A stretch of 64,000 nucleotides of DNA, taken from assembly GCA_951406725.2 (NCBI GenBank), contig OX597814.1:20522001-20586000 (forward strand), in the 5' to 3' direction. The notes beneath the pieces were generated by a model that saw nothing but the letters and a program-made list of their open reading frames with translations, was not told the DNA's origin and ran no database searches. Of the stretch, positions 49,797 through 62,950 are shown in pieces. This DNA is from Octopus vulgaris. Taxonomy: Eukaryota. Numbering within the stretch: the stretch's first letter is position 1; each line of letters starts with the position of its first letter. Position numbers and translations under genes: made by a program.

Positions 49797-50101
49797 CCCC
49801 TTACCCAACAATTATTTTGAAAATAAATGTATTTTTTCAGACATATTTTTTAATTGTTTTATTATACTATGTTTTGAATGGTGATTTCGAGGTATATTTC
49901 AAACTTTATTATGAATTTTAATTCAATAATATTGATTTTAAATTAACGCTTTGGGCAGAAACGAGTTAACCCGTTTTTAGACGAAGGAACTCGTTTGCTG
50001 TCGATTTTGGCGAGTCTATCTTTTGACAAGTTAACTCGCCAGAGATAGAAAAAAAACGATTTCGGTCAAAACGAATATATTCGTTTCTGCCGGGTAAGGG
50101 G
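49797..50101. mobile_element. piggyBac-type MITE
   Basis: TTAA|ccccttaccc ... gggtaagggg|TTAA; internal aaacga/tcgttt subterminal repeats. Confidence 0.9.
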
Positions 50102-50702
50102 TTAATAGCTACCAAGCCTATAGAGAGCATAAGAGCATTCCATAAAAATACTAAGTTCATATCTGGACAAATGCAGCTGCAACACACAATCTAAACTACA
50201 TCCAAAAGGTATAACTTTATCAGCAAAACTTCTGTCACTAATAAACTACAACCATTAGTATACTAATGCACTGTATCCATCCTTTCTTTCTACTGCCAAA
50301 ACAACGCTGCCTGTTTCTCTGAACTATCAACTTGTGTACTACTCTCATAGGCCTCATCCATAGAAATCTATTAATGAAACCTTAACCTACAGAAAGGTGT
50401 AACTCCAACAAGACAAACCAGTTCACAATTTTCCTAACATCAGCCTACAAAAATTCAAGCTGAAGATCTATCATATCAAATTCAAAAGTCTAGGAGAGAC
50501 TGTAAAAAATACAACAGACATGGCATCTCTCTTTAGTTGGAATTGTAAACTCCTAAAAAAATCATGTGCATTTACACATTTTCATATAAATCTAAATTTA
50601 GTTATAAAAACATGCTTATGGGTATTTTTACATTTAAAAAAATTTATATTCATATAAATTTATAAGATTTCTAGCAGTATATAGCAATATAACCAGTCTT
50701 AC

Positions 50703-50849
50703 CTCTTTGTCAAGATCAGCACAAGGCAAACTTATAAGTTGATTCGTAACCAATGAACATTTAGCAGTTTTCACAATTATATCTTCAATACAATTATTAA
50801 TGTTTCCACCAATTTCTTGAATACTTTTTTTACACTGGGTGCTAAAGGC
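50703..50849 (-). CDS. KIF14: KIF14-like kinesin, exon 8
   Basis: ttttgttttttaag|AFSTQCKKSIQEIGG...PCADLDKE|gtaaga; 147 nt, phase 0/0. Confidence 0.85.
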
Positions 50850-51929
50850 CTTAAAAAACAAAACAAAAAAAAAAATCATTGTCAAATGTGTTAGCTAAAA
50901 TTTAAATAATTTGATCACTTAAGTATTTTGTACTTTTGCAATACCATTTCACTATCTAAATGCCTTTTATGAGTTCTAACTTTTCAATCATGTTTTATAG
51001 CACTTCTAGCCTTCATTTTTTTTCTGGCTAACATCAAGCAGCCTAGATTTTTGGTAACTAATATGATTGATTCTTATAGAATTAAGCTGGAATGCCTTTG
51101 ATAATAGGTCTGATCAGATAGTCAACAGTTTGTATCACATCTGCAAAAAGCAGCAATACATAAATATTTGCCAAGAGAATACTTAAGAATGAGTGCTACT
51201 TCATCAATTTTCCAAAGATATACACTGTGTAAAGTAGTTGGTGTTAGAAAGGACATCCATAAAACAGATATTGGAGCTCAACACAGTTTGTTGGTTCACT
51301 GGATCCTGTCAAACTCACGCTAGCATGGAGGACACATGTTAAACAATGATGATACTTTCCTGAAGACAGTTTTCAATTGGATATAACTAAACTAATATAA
51401 GCTCATTACTGTCACTGTAATAATACAGTTAAATTGAGCATACTGTTGTTTAGTTCCAAGTCAGCCTTATTCCATCTTGTCTTTCTAAGAGTATCTAGGA
51501 CTACATTATCCAATGTATCTTTCATTTTTTTTGAAGGAGAAGGAGATTTGAAAGGCACATTCATGGGTATGTTATTACATGTTTAAGCTACAAGCCAATG
51601 GCAGTTAGAATATCTTGTTTCAATAAATGAAAATAGTAAGGTTATAATATATTTGAAATTCAATTTCTTAAGAAAATTCAAATGAAATGTATTATTTACA
51701 ACAGATATGCTTTTTTTAAAAAATCTTCCTTTCTGCAAAACAGTCATTAAACAGCAACTAATCATGGAAGAGCCATTTTAGCCATCTAAAACACAAACAC
51801 AGGTTTTTCTTTTTTAAGATGGTTAAAATGTTTCTTCTATAATGTAACTGATTCAGTTTCAATGACATGGTCTAGGCAAGTACAACTCTAGTTATCAAAT
51901 AATTAGAATATAAAACTGGAAAATCTCAC

Positions 51930-52111
51930 CTTGAAAAATTGCATCATTTCAAATTTTAGCTTTTTGAGTGCAGTTATAAGTGAATTACATAAATGAGAAA
52001 AAGATGCCATGTTTTGGCACAAGAACCAGCTATTGTAGTATGATGATAATGTAAATAACACTGATGACAGTTCAATCAATTCTTTTTCAACATTTTCTTC
52101 AAGTAAAATAA
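51930..52111 (-). CDS. KIF14: KIF14-like kinesin, exon 7
   Basis: tttattttgcag|(V)ILLEENVEKELIELSSVLF...LKKLKFEMMQFFK|gtgaga; 182 nt, phase 1 to 0. Confidence 0.87.
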
Positions 52112-54925
52112 CTGCAAAATAAATACCACATATTTGTGAGACTGATATTACATTTACACACAAACACGTATGTATGTTATATTTATAAAAACACGTTAGA
52201 GTAAACATGTATATCATGCTCAGACAGGTACATATGAGCAGACAGGTACATAGAAGGAAAGGAACTGATTAATAGTGGAAGGATGATGATGAAGAATCTG
52301 CTTGAGGACAAGCTTCAGTTAGGAGAGAGAATGTAAATGAGAGAGACCAGTGGGTTGTGTGTGGTCAAGTACGGAAGAAACATGATAAAGTATAAAATAG
52401 ATTAAGGAAAATTATCCCCTTATACACATAGAATACCAGCAGCAGTCATGCATTTACAGACTAGCACTCACCTAGAGAGCTGTGTATAATATAGCACACT
52501 CGTACATAGGTATATACATACATATGTACAAATTATTGATACAGTAATTTTGGGGGTTTTCCCCCACTCATTGTAGTTCTGAACTATAGAATACATCTTT
52601 AGACTTTTGCCTAACACTGTGGGGGTACTCGGCTACTGATAAAATCCCAACACAGGATTGAAATTAATTCAGCTGATCCCCCTTTATTCTATAGTCTACT
52701 AAGATATTCTACAATAAGGATAAGATGTTTATATCTGTTTACACATGCAGTACTGATTACAAATCTATAGATTTTGAAGTGCAGTTTACTACATGCACAT
52801 TTAGTGTGAGAGACACATATACACATATTTGTAAATACAGAAACACACAGTTACATATATCTACATACATCAATCATACTCATGTTCAAGTGCATTTACA
52901 CTAATGAACACGTACACAATACCACCATCAACACATTGGAGACATGCATGTTCAACTAAATACCATAAACATGGTAGTTCATTTATACACTAACACTTCA
53001 TACATTATCACTGTGTGCAGACACGCAAACACAGATATACATGTTTTATGCATAATATATACACATACATACACACACACACACACAGATGGTTGTGACA
53101 GACATGAATGTATGTATATGCACACAAGTACATACTTGTGTATATATGTACACAAACATACTCATTCAGATCTTTTCTATACATTTAATGCTCACAGACA
53201 CTTCGAAAATACACCTCAGTTTAAATGCAGACAGGTGTACAAAACATATGCATGCAGATACAGGTGCCCAACTCCACACACTTGGACAGAAACATACAAA
53301 ACATATGCAGATATATTTGCTCATATAGCGTTCAGAAAAGAGTGCAGTAGGGGTAAGGGGGTACCTCATAATAATACGGTAATGGAGTGTTTGGGAGTAG
53401 AACAGCATCCTAAACAGCATCTGATTTAATAATAACCTAATGGTAATGATAATGGTTTCAAATTCTGGCACAAGGCCAGCAATTTTAGAGGAAGAGTTAA
53501 TTTAATTGAATCGACCTTGGTGTTCAACTGGTATTTATTGATTTCAAAAGGATAAAAGGCAAAGTTGAATTCAGAATGTAATGAGCTGGAAGAAATGCCA
53601 CTAATCATTTTGTCCAATGTGCTAACAATTCTGCCACTTTACCACCTTAATAATGATGATAATACTGGAAAACAATGAGGCTGGTAAAGGAAATAATGGG
53701 AGCAATGATGCAGAGCTTGTGATATTAATTCTAGTAACAATAATAAGACAATGGTTGTTGTGTATGAGGCATTAATAGAAAATACAAGCCATGATACTAG
53801 ACAGAAATACTAACCAGTAATGGTAACTTGGGTGCAGGTAGACAATGATAACGATATGAAAGAATTAAGGAATTGTCAGATGATAAATAAAAGCAGTAGG
53901 AGTAATGATGATGTGTAGGTTACAGGAGATGGGATAACAGCACAAGAAATGAAATAGTAGGAATGCAATATATTATGTGTTTTCTATCTAAATGTATATC
54001 TGGTATATCTGCATCTGATTCCTCTTTTGTCCAATTTCTCTTTTAGAAACTGGATAAAAGAGAAATCTGATGCAGTATGCTTAAAAGAAGACTGCACTGG
54101 TACAAGCATGTGATGAATGCAGAGGATGACAGCTGTATATAAGCAAATATCAAGTGTGCAAAGTGAATGGAAGATGTGAAAGAGAGAGACCAAAAAGAAT
54201 TGGGGATAAAGTGGTGAAAGCGGACTCATGAAAAAAATAGCAAAGACCATGTTGATGGTTATCTGCAGAGCTGGAGAAAACCTGACTATCCAAACAAGCA
54301 TGGCAAATTTAACATTAGAAATGGTTGTAGTGATAGCAGCTAGGAAGCATATGTGTATGCATGTGCACGTACACACATACGTGTGTATGCTTCATCATCA
54401 TCATTCAACATCCCTTTTTCCATGCTGGCGTTGGTTAGATGATTCAACACAAAAAGACAAGCCAAAGGGCTGCACCAAGCTCCAACGTCTGCTTTGGATT
54501 GGTTTCTACAGCTGGATGCCCTTCTAGATATCAGCCACTTCACAGTATACTGGGTGCATATTCCATGACACCAAGTACCTGTAAGACAAAGCACCACCAC
54601 AACTGAGTGGGGTATAGTACTGAAGGACAAAAACTATGATAGGGCAAGAGCAGGTGTCTTGTTTGAGAGGTGAATACATAGCTTGCTCATCTGGAAAGAG
54701 AAAGAGAGAACTGGTGTGTTCATGTGTGTCCAACCATTAAAACTTTGTCAAATAAGAAAAGCAGAAAAACATGCATAACCACATAGCCTGCTACTTTTCT
54801 GTGTCAAATGGTGAATGTCCGTGAGATACAGAGACTTGTCCAACACCTAGCATGGTTAAACTAATGATAACAATGGTGATGTGTGAGTAATTTAATACCA
54901 AATTTAACAATGATAAAATGTTCAC

Positions 54926-55024
54926 CTTTCATATGTACATTGAGTATAAGTATTTCATTTACTGACTGTAGAATAATCTTGCAACATTCCAGACATAAAT
55001 CAGTGTAACTTGGTTGAATGTCAT
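54926..55024 (-). CDS. KIF14: KIF14-like kinesin, exon 6
   Basis: ctatttttaacag|(D)DIQPSYTDLCLECCKIILQSVNEILILNVHMK g|gtgaac; 99 nt, phase 1/1. Confidence 0.82.
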
Positions 55025-55404
55025 CTGTTAAAAATAGAGGATGTCTTTCAATACATACATTACATAAATAAATACATGACTTCAATTCATTTCAAATTTT
55101 TTTGGTATATTTACAACAAAACCTTTTTGTAACACAAATTGTAAACATAATTCATACAATATTAAGAACTATTAAACAGGTAATAGATCAATAGTTCTCA
55201 AACAAGAGACACTTGACACTCGGAAGAAAATTTTAATCTGGGGAAGAATTGGGGGAAAATATCAGTTAGGTGCTGAACTGAAAAAGTAAAGAATGTATTG
55301 TGTGTACACATATATATATTTATATATCAAATGAAAGAGCAATACTTCTGCTTCAGATTTCATGCCATTTTGAGCTATTCAGTTATCAGTATTTGAAAAG
55401 TATT

Positions 55405-55978
55405 ATCATCATTTGACTGAGGACTGGCGAACGAGATGGCTGCACCAGGCTCCAATCTGATCTGGCAGAGTTTCTACAGCTGGATGCCCTTCCTAACGCC
55501 AACCACTCCGAGAGTGTAGTGGGTGCTTTTACGTGCCACCGGCATGAGGGCCAGTCAGGTGGTACTAGCAACGGCCACACTCAAATGGTGCTTTTACATG
55601 CCACCTGCACAGGCGCCAGTCCAGTGGCACTGGCAACGACCTCGCTTGAATGTTTTTTTCACATGCCACCGGCACAAGTGCCAATAAGGCGACACTGACA
55701 CAAGCACCATTCGAGTGTGATTGTTACCAATATGATATACTAAATGCATAGATAAATCAAATCAGATATCAGAACCAAAATCGAAGTCGATCAACATCAA
55801 TGGAAATTGCAGCTGTGATACCAGTGCTGGTGAAAAGTAAGCGAACCATCCGATCATGGCCATTGCCAGCGCCGCCCAGACTGGGCCTGATGCAGCCTTC
55901 TGGCTTCACAGGCCCCAGTTGAACCGTCCAACCCATGCTAGCATAGAAAGCGGATGCTAAATGATGATGATGATGATG
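55405..55978. mobile_element. Head-to-head pair of RTE 3'-UTR copies (minus ~55405-55695, plus ~55770-55978)
   Basis: (ATC)n at the left end and (GAT)n at the right end, with family motifs in opposite orientations. Confidence 0.85.
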
Positions 55979-57582
55979 AATACCAGAAAACAAGCTTTGT
56001 TCTTGAGCTTCTCTTTTTTTTTTAACAAAATTTCAGTTGTGAACTAATTAAGATGAGTATTCCTTGAAAACCAATAAGTATTCATGAAATTTAACATTCT
56101 CTTTTCAGATTTTTAATTCAAAATTCTCAAAACACTATCAGAGAACACATCTTCAAATGCCAACTAGAAAGCCCACCAGTATTTGGTAACACTCTTCTGA
56201 TTTTTTAGCAAATGATGATCCAGTACTAGACATAACAAAATAATTAAAGCAATAAGAAAAATCACGCAGATAACTTTGCACTTCAACCATCCAGGATTGT
56301 TATTGTTAAGGCATTCCAGCTATAATTACCCTATCACAAAGCCACACCCCATCAATACTATTCCCACCACCCAATTGAGGGACCCTTGCTCAATGATCCT
56401 CCGATACTGGTGCCAAAAAAAAAAAAAAAAAAAAAAAAAGGCACAGGTGCTAGTGCCATATAAAGAGCACTAGTAAGAGTGCCATGTAAAACCCAATAGT
56501 GACAGTGCCACATAAAAAGCATCCAATACATTCTGTAAAGTGGTTGGCATTAGGAAGGGAATCCAGGTGTAGAAACTATGCCAAAATAGAGTGGAATTTG
56601 GTATGGCTTCTGGCCTTGCTATCTTCTGTCAAACCGTCCAACCTATGCCAGCATGGAAAACAGACGTATTATGATGAATGTGTCCTAAGATGGTATGGTG
56701 AGATCTGACTGCAATATCTACCAGCTCAAAGAAGATATGCAAAGGCTCCTTAGAGTTAATAAATCAAGTAGTAACCATGTACAAAAGTTAATTCAATTTT
56801 TTATATCCTCCTGTATCAACTGATGACATTGTATCAGTGACAGAAAGTCATTATTATTATTATTATTAGAAGTAGGATACAAAGGAAAGAAAAACTGCTA
56901 AAACTACAAAGATACCAGTGGTAAATATTGTACATTCATGCATGTGTCATTAAATGATCATATGACAGACAATAATCCATTGAATTGCTTTGTTTTTGTT
57001 TAACAATAACAAAGAAATTGTTTGTTTGGCTAGTATAATGACTTGCTTTGCACATGTTTGTGTTTTTCAGTCATTTTGACTGCAGCCATGCTAGAGCACT
57101 GCTTTTTAGTCAAAGAAATTGACCCCAGGATTATTCTTTGTAATCCTGGTACTTATTCTGTTGGTCTCTTTTACCAAACTGCTAAGTTACGGGGACGTAA
57201 ACACAACAATAGTTGTCAAGTGATGGTGGGATGGGGACAAACACAGACACAAAGTCACACACAGATACAATGGGCTTCTTTGAGTTTCTGTCTACCAAAT
57301 TCACTCACAAGACTTTGGTTATGCCAAGGTTATAAGTAGGAGACACTTTCCAAAGTGCCATGCAGTGGGACTGAACCTGAACCTGGTTGGGAAGCAAGCT
57401 TCTTACCATACAGTCACACTTGTCATTTATTTGAATTGAGACAACCAGCAGCATGTGCTGGGATTATCAGTCATCTTTAGTAATTATCAATATATATTAA
57501 CATACAATATAAAATAAAAGAAAACTTGATAAGTTGATTCAGTATATCTTAATATCACAAGTTATGAAGAAAATCTACTCAC

Positions 57583-57666
57583 CTGTATTACCTTGAGGTA
57601 ACTTTAATGGTGACACTTCTATGATTTTACTTAACACTGATGACAATGTATTCTTAGAAATATTTT
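57583..57666 (-). CDS. KIF14: KIF14-like kinesin, exon 5
   Basis: ttttctcaacag|(K)NISKNTLSSVLSKIIEVSPLKLPQGNT g|gtgagt; 84 nt, phase 1/1. Confidence 0.82.
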
Positions 57667-57957
57667 CTGTTGAGAAAATTTAAACAGATAGATATTTTTA
57701 AAAAGCATCCTTTTTCATTTGACTGATTTTTATACTCTGCTGAATAATAGTTCAAAAAATGAAGTTATAGCGCAAAGAAAAACCAATAAGAAAAACTGTA
57801 TTTTAAAAAATAACAAGAAAAATTTTTTAATAGAATGTTTTTTTTCTAAGTGATTTTAAATATTTAAAAGCAGTAGTGTGTAAAACAGATCTCCCATTAA
57901 TAAAAAAAAAAAGAGCCTGACTATTTCATATTTTCTAATATATTTTTTTATAGTATT

Positions 57958-58202
57958 TGTGGCATGACGTCAGCAGCTGGGGAGCTGACCGGAACTTGGG
58001 GCTGACCGGAAGGGGCAGCAGTGACACGCGCGCAGCAAGGGCAGCATTCTGCTTTTTACGAGGCAGGTCGCTGAGCGGGTAAGACGGGATCAGCACGTTG
58101 TTAAGGTTGGGAGAAGCAGCTGCTATATCTAGCGTTGAAGGGTCTCCATCTGAGCGAAGAGAAGGTAGGTGCCTTTATTTCGAATCTCTCGCATACACCA
58201 CA
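57958..58202. mobile_element. Solo LTR (245 bp) with 5-bp TSD
   Basis: GTATT|TGTGG...CCACA|GTATT; TG..CA termini; GC- and CpG-rich relative to the flanks. Confidence 0.88.
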
Positions 58203-58786
58203 GTATTCAAAAACTTTATTTAGATCTTACTGTTAAAGCTTGTCAGGAATATGCTTGAGGATAGTCCATAACAGTCCACAATCACAACCATCTGGACAGA
58301 CCATACTTCACTGCCTTTTATACCACTCTATTTTATAGTGTTTACAATTTGGAAGGAAAACTGGCTGTTAAGCAGATTTGATCTGGTTTGCTACATTCTA
58401 ATATTTACAAGTCATTAAAAAAGTGAGCAAAACAAAGTAAGTTTTAATAACTTAAGACTTATCATACAAGGTTTAATAGAAATTTAGTTTTATGGAAATT
58501 TACTATATCAGCATCTATGCTGATGTTTTAGTAAATAAATATGAAGTATTATACATAATACATTATATTTTGATAAGGCACAACAGCACAGTAACATAGT
58601 ATTTTTGTTTGTTGTAACAAAAGTGGTTATGATTACTCATTCAGTTAGTCTATTGTCTGCACTAATAAAATTTTCGATTCCCATTTATACAGTCATTATA
58701 TAGCAATGTATGCCACATGACTCCAGAGCTGACTGGAAGATAGGTTTCATAGATCATAGGATGATCTTAAGCATTTGCAAATTTAC

Positions 58787-58846
58787 TTGAACAGAGTTGA
58801 TTGAATTGATAAACATTCCATCCACATTTTCTTGCAGACCACACAA
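58787..58846 (-). CDS. KIF14: KIF14-like kinesin, exon 4 (symmetric, possibly a cassette)
   Basis: gttctgttag|(I)VWSARKCGWNVYQFNQLCS a|gtaaat; 60 nt, phase 1/1; weaker splice sites. Confidence 0.5.
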
Positions 58847-60177
58847 CTAACAGAACTTTCTTTGATTCATATTGTTTAACTGTTTCATTTAAAAATTTTT
58901 ATCTCTTTATTATTATTTTGCTTAGTTGATAAAAAGAATCTTTTCAGAACCCTCAACACTGTTGAGAGAAAGGTATCATCAAACTGAAGGCTGGTGTAAA
59001 TGCTTGCAACAGAGTGAACTTTGCTGAAAGTTCCAAAGGGCCAAGTGGTGGTGTTAAACTGAGTTATAGATTAAATCTACTATCCATGTAAGCCACAGCA
59101 GGATCTGAACTAAGAATGCAGGGCCAGAACAAATACCACAAGACATCTTGTTCAACATTAATGATTTCACTAGTCCACCACACTAGCCCAGAAGGATGAA
59201 AGCCAAAGTTAACCTTAGCAGGATTTGAACTCAGAACGCAGACAACTGAAATAAACACTGCAAGATATTTCTATTCCAGAATAAAATACATTAAAAAAAT
59301 TTACATAGTGTTTGGAGTCATTTCAATAATGATAGAACATATATTAATGATCTTTTTTTGGTTCTTTTTCTTTTTAGAAATGTTTTCAAAGAATTTAGAT
59401 CTTCATTTGTAAAGTAGTTAGCATTGGGAAGGACATCAAGCTGTAAAAACCACGTCAAAGCAGACCTCACCACTGCTGATGCCACTTAAAAAGCATCCAG
59501 TCCACTCTGTAAAGTGATTGGAATTAGGAAGGGTATCCAGCCATAAAAACCATGCCAAAACAGACATTGGAGTTTGGTGCAGTCCTCTGGCTTACCAGCT
59601 CTTGTCAAATCATCCAACCCATGCCAGCTTGGAAGATGGACATCTGATAAAGATGAATCTCCTATGTAATTCCAACTTTTGTTCATTTCTCAATTAATTC
59701 TAAATGGAAATTTTCCATACTTTGAATGTTGATATCAGTAGATGTTAGGCATTTAGAAGGTTACACCCTTTCATGAGACTGTAATGTAAATTACTAGCTC
59801 AATATTGATGAAAGAATAATTAAAACATGACCAATTGCTTTTAACTAATTATGTACTATTGCTCCTGTTCTTCATATTTAAAGCAGATGTGCAAACAGAT
59901 ATAGATATACAAAAAGGTTTTGAGAAATACTTGTCCAATCTTTTTTTTTTTTTTTGAAAGAAAGCAGTTATGCTGTCTTTACTTAATGATTCTCTATACT
60001 ATATCACAAAATACACCTGTAGAGTCTCAGTCAATATTGTACCTATAAACAAATGTAAACACCTCATCTTCATTTATAGAAAATGTTAATGGCATTTTGT
60101 TAATGTAGCAAGAATTCACTATTCAATTATGTTTAAAAACTGTTAAAATGGTATAGTAATTAACAAAATTTTCTTAC

Positions 60178-60275
60178 TTATTCTTGATCTTTTCGGTATA
60201 TGATTTGGTAAACTACATCGACGCATGACCATCAAAGATTTTTCTGGTGAAGCAATTACAACAGGTAGACCACAT
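60178..60275 (-). CDS. KIF14: KIF14-like kinesin, exon 3
   Basis: tgttgtcttcag|CGLPVVIASPEKSLMVMRRCSLPNHIPKRSRI a|gtaaga; 98 nt, phase 2 to 1. Confidence 0.8.
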
Positions 60276-60449
60276 CTGAAGACAACATATTTCAAAAGAA
60301 ATATCAATAAACATATGGAAAATATTAGCTACAGAACAAATTACTCAGAAACATAATCTAAGTGTAAAATAATTGTTAAGTTAGTGTTAAAATATTTCAT
60401 GCAAAGAACATTAAAAAGCTAATTACAGAAAATAAGGCAGTTACGAAAA

Positions 60450-61510
60450 TGCAGGTGTGAAAGCAAGGTCTAGAATCAAAGGGCCTTAACATTAATTTAG
60501 CAAAAACTAAAGTCTTAGTAAGTAGGAAAGCAGACAAATTACAAATCCCTTCAGGTAAATGGCCCTGCTCAATATGTAGAAAAGGCGTAGGTAGAAACTC
60601 CATAAGGTGTATCCAGTGCTAGCTATGGGCACATAAGAGGTGCAGCAATATCAGAGGGTGGTTAACAGAGAATATAGTCTGTGTGTGTGGGAGATGTACA
60701 GGTACAATGAATACAAGAAATGTGCAAAAAATAGACTCCGTCAAATGCCAGTGGGGGTACCTAGACGTAGTTGATAGAATTCATTATCTAGGTGACCAAG
60801 TCAATGGTGGAGGTGGATGTTCCAAGAGTGTAACTGTTCAAATAAGAACAAGCGAGAAAAGAGAGCTTCTTGGTAACAAAGGGCCACTCACTCAGAGTGA
60901 AAGGCAGATTGTATGGTGTGTGTGTGTGTGTCGACAGGCATGCTACACGGTAGTGAAACAGGCTATGATTGCAGACAACATGCAAAGTCTTGAAAGAAAT
61001 GAAGCTAGCATGCTTCGCTGGATGTGCAATGTTAATGTGCACATACAACAGAATGTAGGTGTCTTGAGAGCAAAATTGGGTATAAGAAGCATCAGATATG
61101 GTGTGCAAGAGAGATGACTACACTGGTATGGGCATGTGATGCATATGGACAAAGACAGCTGCATAAAGAAGTGCTGGTCATTAACTGTGGAGGGATAGCC
61201 CCAAGAAGACATGGGAGAAGGTGGTGAAGATGATCTTTGAGCGTTGGTCCTCATGGAGGTGATAACAAGTGACCGGGATCTTTGGCGATATGCTGTGCTT
61301 TAGAAGACTCATCGAGCCAAGCGAAATTATGATCATGGCCAATGCCAAAGTTACATAAAAGCACCCATGCCAATGGCATGTAAAAAGCACACATTACACT
61401 CTTGGAGTGGTTGGCATTAGAAGGGGCATCCAGCTATAGAAACCATGCAGTTAAACCATCTAACCCATGTCAGCAGGGAAAGCAGATTCTAAATGATGAT
61501 GAGGATGATT
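60450..61510 (+). mobile_element. RTE-clade LINE 3' part, older and decayed
   Basis: Zinc-finger and C-terminal motifs (WPCSICRKGVGRNSIRC, ERNEASMLRWMCNV) with stops; short 3' UTR and degenerate GAT tail. Confidence 0.9.
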
Positions 61511-61761
61511 AATATTGTTTTTTTGAGAAGTAAAGGACACAATTGTAGACATGTTTTGGTCTCATTAGTAAAGCACAGAATTTGCTATATTTACTGAAGT
61601 AAATATTAAAAATGTACAATAATTGGTGAACAAAACTAAAATTATCTTGAGAATGAAGTTGAGTCATTGATTCATATATGAGAGCATCAAATATTAGCAA
61701 CTTAAATGGAGTAATTTATCATTGTTATCGAAGTGTGACAAAAAGGTTGTCCTTAATTTAC

Positions 61762-61898
61762 AGCCTCCTGTTTTCTTCAGAAAAAATAATGAAAGGAACT
61801 AACTTTTCTGGAGAAGATATGTCAGTTAACTCAAAATTGTCATCTTTCTTCCAGTCGTTTTCATCAGCAATGATTTCTTCCATATTATTATCACTGGT
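61762..61898 (-). CDS. KIF14: KIF14-like kinesin, exon 2
   Basis: ttcttttaactag|TSDNNMEEIIADENDWKKDD...VPFIIFSEENRR ct|gtaaat; phase 0 to 2. An earlier donor aa|gttagt near 61803 has the same phase. The acidic D-x-E-x-D-W segment recalls KIF14. Confidence 0.8.
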
Positions 61899-62016
61899 CT
61901 AGTTAAAAGAAGAATGCAATACATACAGCTTTTTGTCATATCTAAGCTATTCAAATTTAATTAAATGAAAATCTTAACTTGAAAGGTAATAAAAATTTTA
62001 TAAATCTCCATATTAC

Positions 62017-62160
62017 CTGATACACATCTCTCAGTAGGTGCAACTTATTCATAAACACTTCAAAGGACCAAAATGTACAAATCTTCATATCAGTTAAGCT
62101 ACATTTTATGAGCATTTTTAGATTGTTTTCATCATCAAAATAATCTTCTCTTGAAAATAC
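62017..62160 (-). CDS. KIF14: KIF14-like kinesin, first exon identified in window (post-FHA coiled-coil region)
   Basis: tttgttctttacag|VFSREDYFDDENNLKMLIKCSLTDMKICTFWSFEVFMNKLHLLRDVYQ|gtaata. TFWSFEVFMNKLHLLRDVY resembles the kinesin-3/KIF14 motif TFWSLEKFESKLAAMKELY (recalled from memory, not aligned). Confidence 0.85.
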
Positions 62161-62334
62161 CTGTAAAGAACAAATTTAATTGGTTTAAAAAAAAAACATT
62201 TAAAAACTTTTTTTAATGGAAACATATATAGTATCAAGTGATTTACTACTTTAGTCTTGTATGAATTTAGTTTGCTTCCCAACCATGTGGTTTTATGTTC
62301 AGTTCTGCTATATGGCACCTTGAGCAAATGTTTT

Positions 62335-62950
62335 CATCATCATCATCGTTTAGCGTCCGTTTTCCATGCTAGCATGGGTTGGACGGTTCTACTGGGGTCT
62401 GTGAAGCCAGAAGGCTTCATCAGGCCCAGTCAACAAATCTGGCAGTGTTTCTACGTGCTGGATGCCCTTCCTAATGCCAACCACTCCGAGAGCCGATGGG
62501 TGCTTTTACGGCTCACCCGCACAGGTGCCAGACAGAGCTGGCAAACGGCCATGAACGGATGGTGCTTTTTATGTGCCACTGGCACGAGGGCCAGGCGAGG
62601 CTGGCAACGGACACGAAATGCTGGGGCGGTGCTGGCAACGGTCGCGAAACGGGAGGTTCTCTTACATGCCACCAGCACTGGTAACACATCTGCAATTTCC
62701 ATTGATCGATTGTTTGTGCTGTACATAGCTCACTCCCACCATCAAATTGACATTTTCTGTACAGATGCATGGAGTGCTGTATGTCAGATGGTGAGATGAT
62801 TGCAGAGCCACATGAGAAAGTGTTTTGCTAGAAACACTGAGATCAGACTGGAGCCTGGTGCAGCCTCCTGGCTTCCCAGACCCCGGTCGAACCGTCCAAC
62901 ACATGCTAGCAGGGAAAACGGACGTTAAACGATGATGATGATGATGATGA
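62335..62950. mobile_element. Head-to-head RTE 3'-UTR pair enclosing a copy of nearby DNA
   Basis: Minus copy ~62335-62710 with (CAT)n at left, plus copy ~62830-62950 with (GAT)n at right; the spacer 62711-62829 duplicates 63045-63152. Confidence 0.88.
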
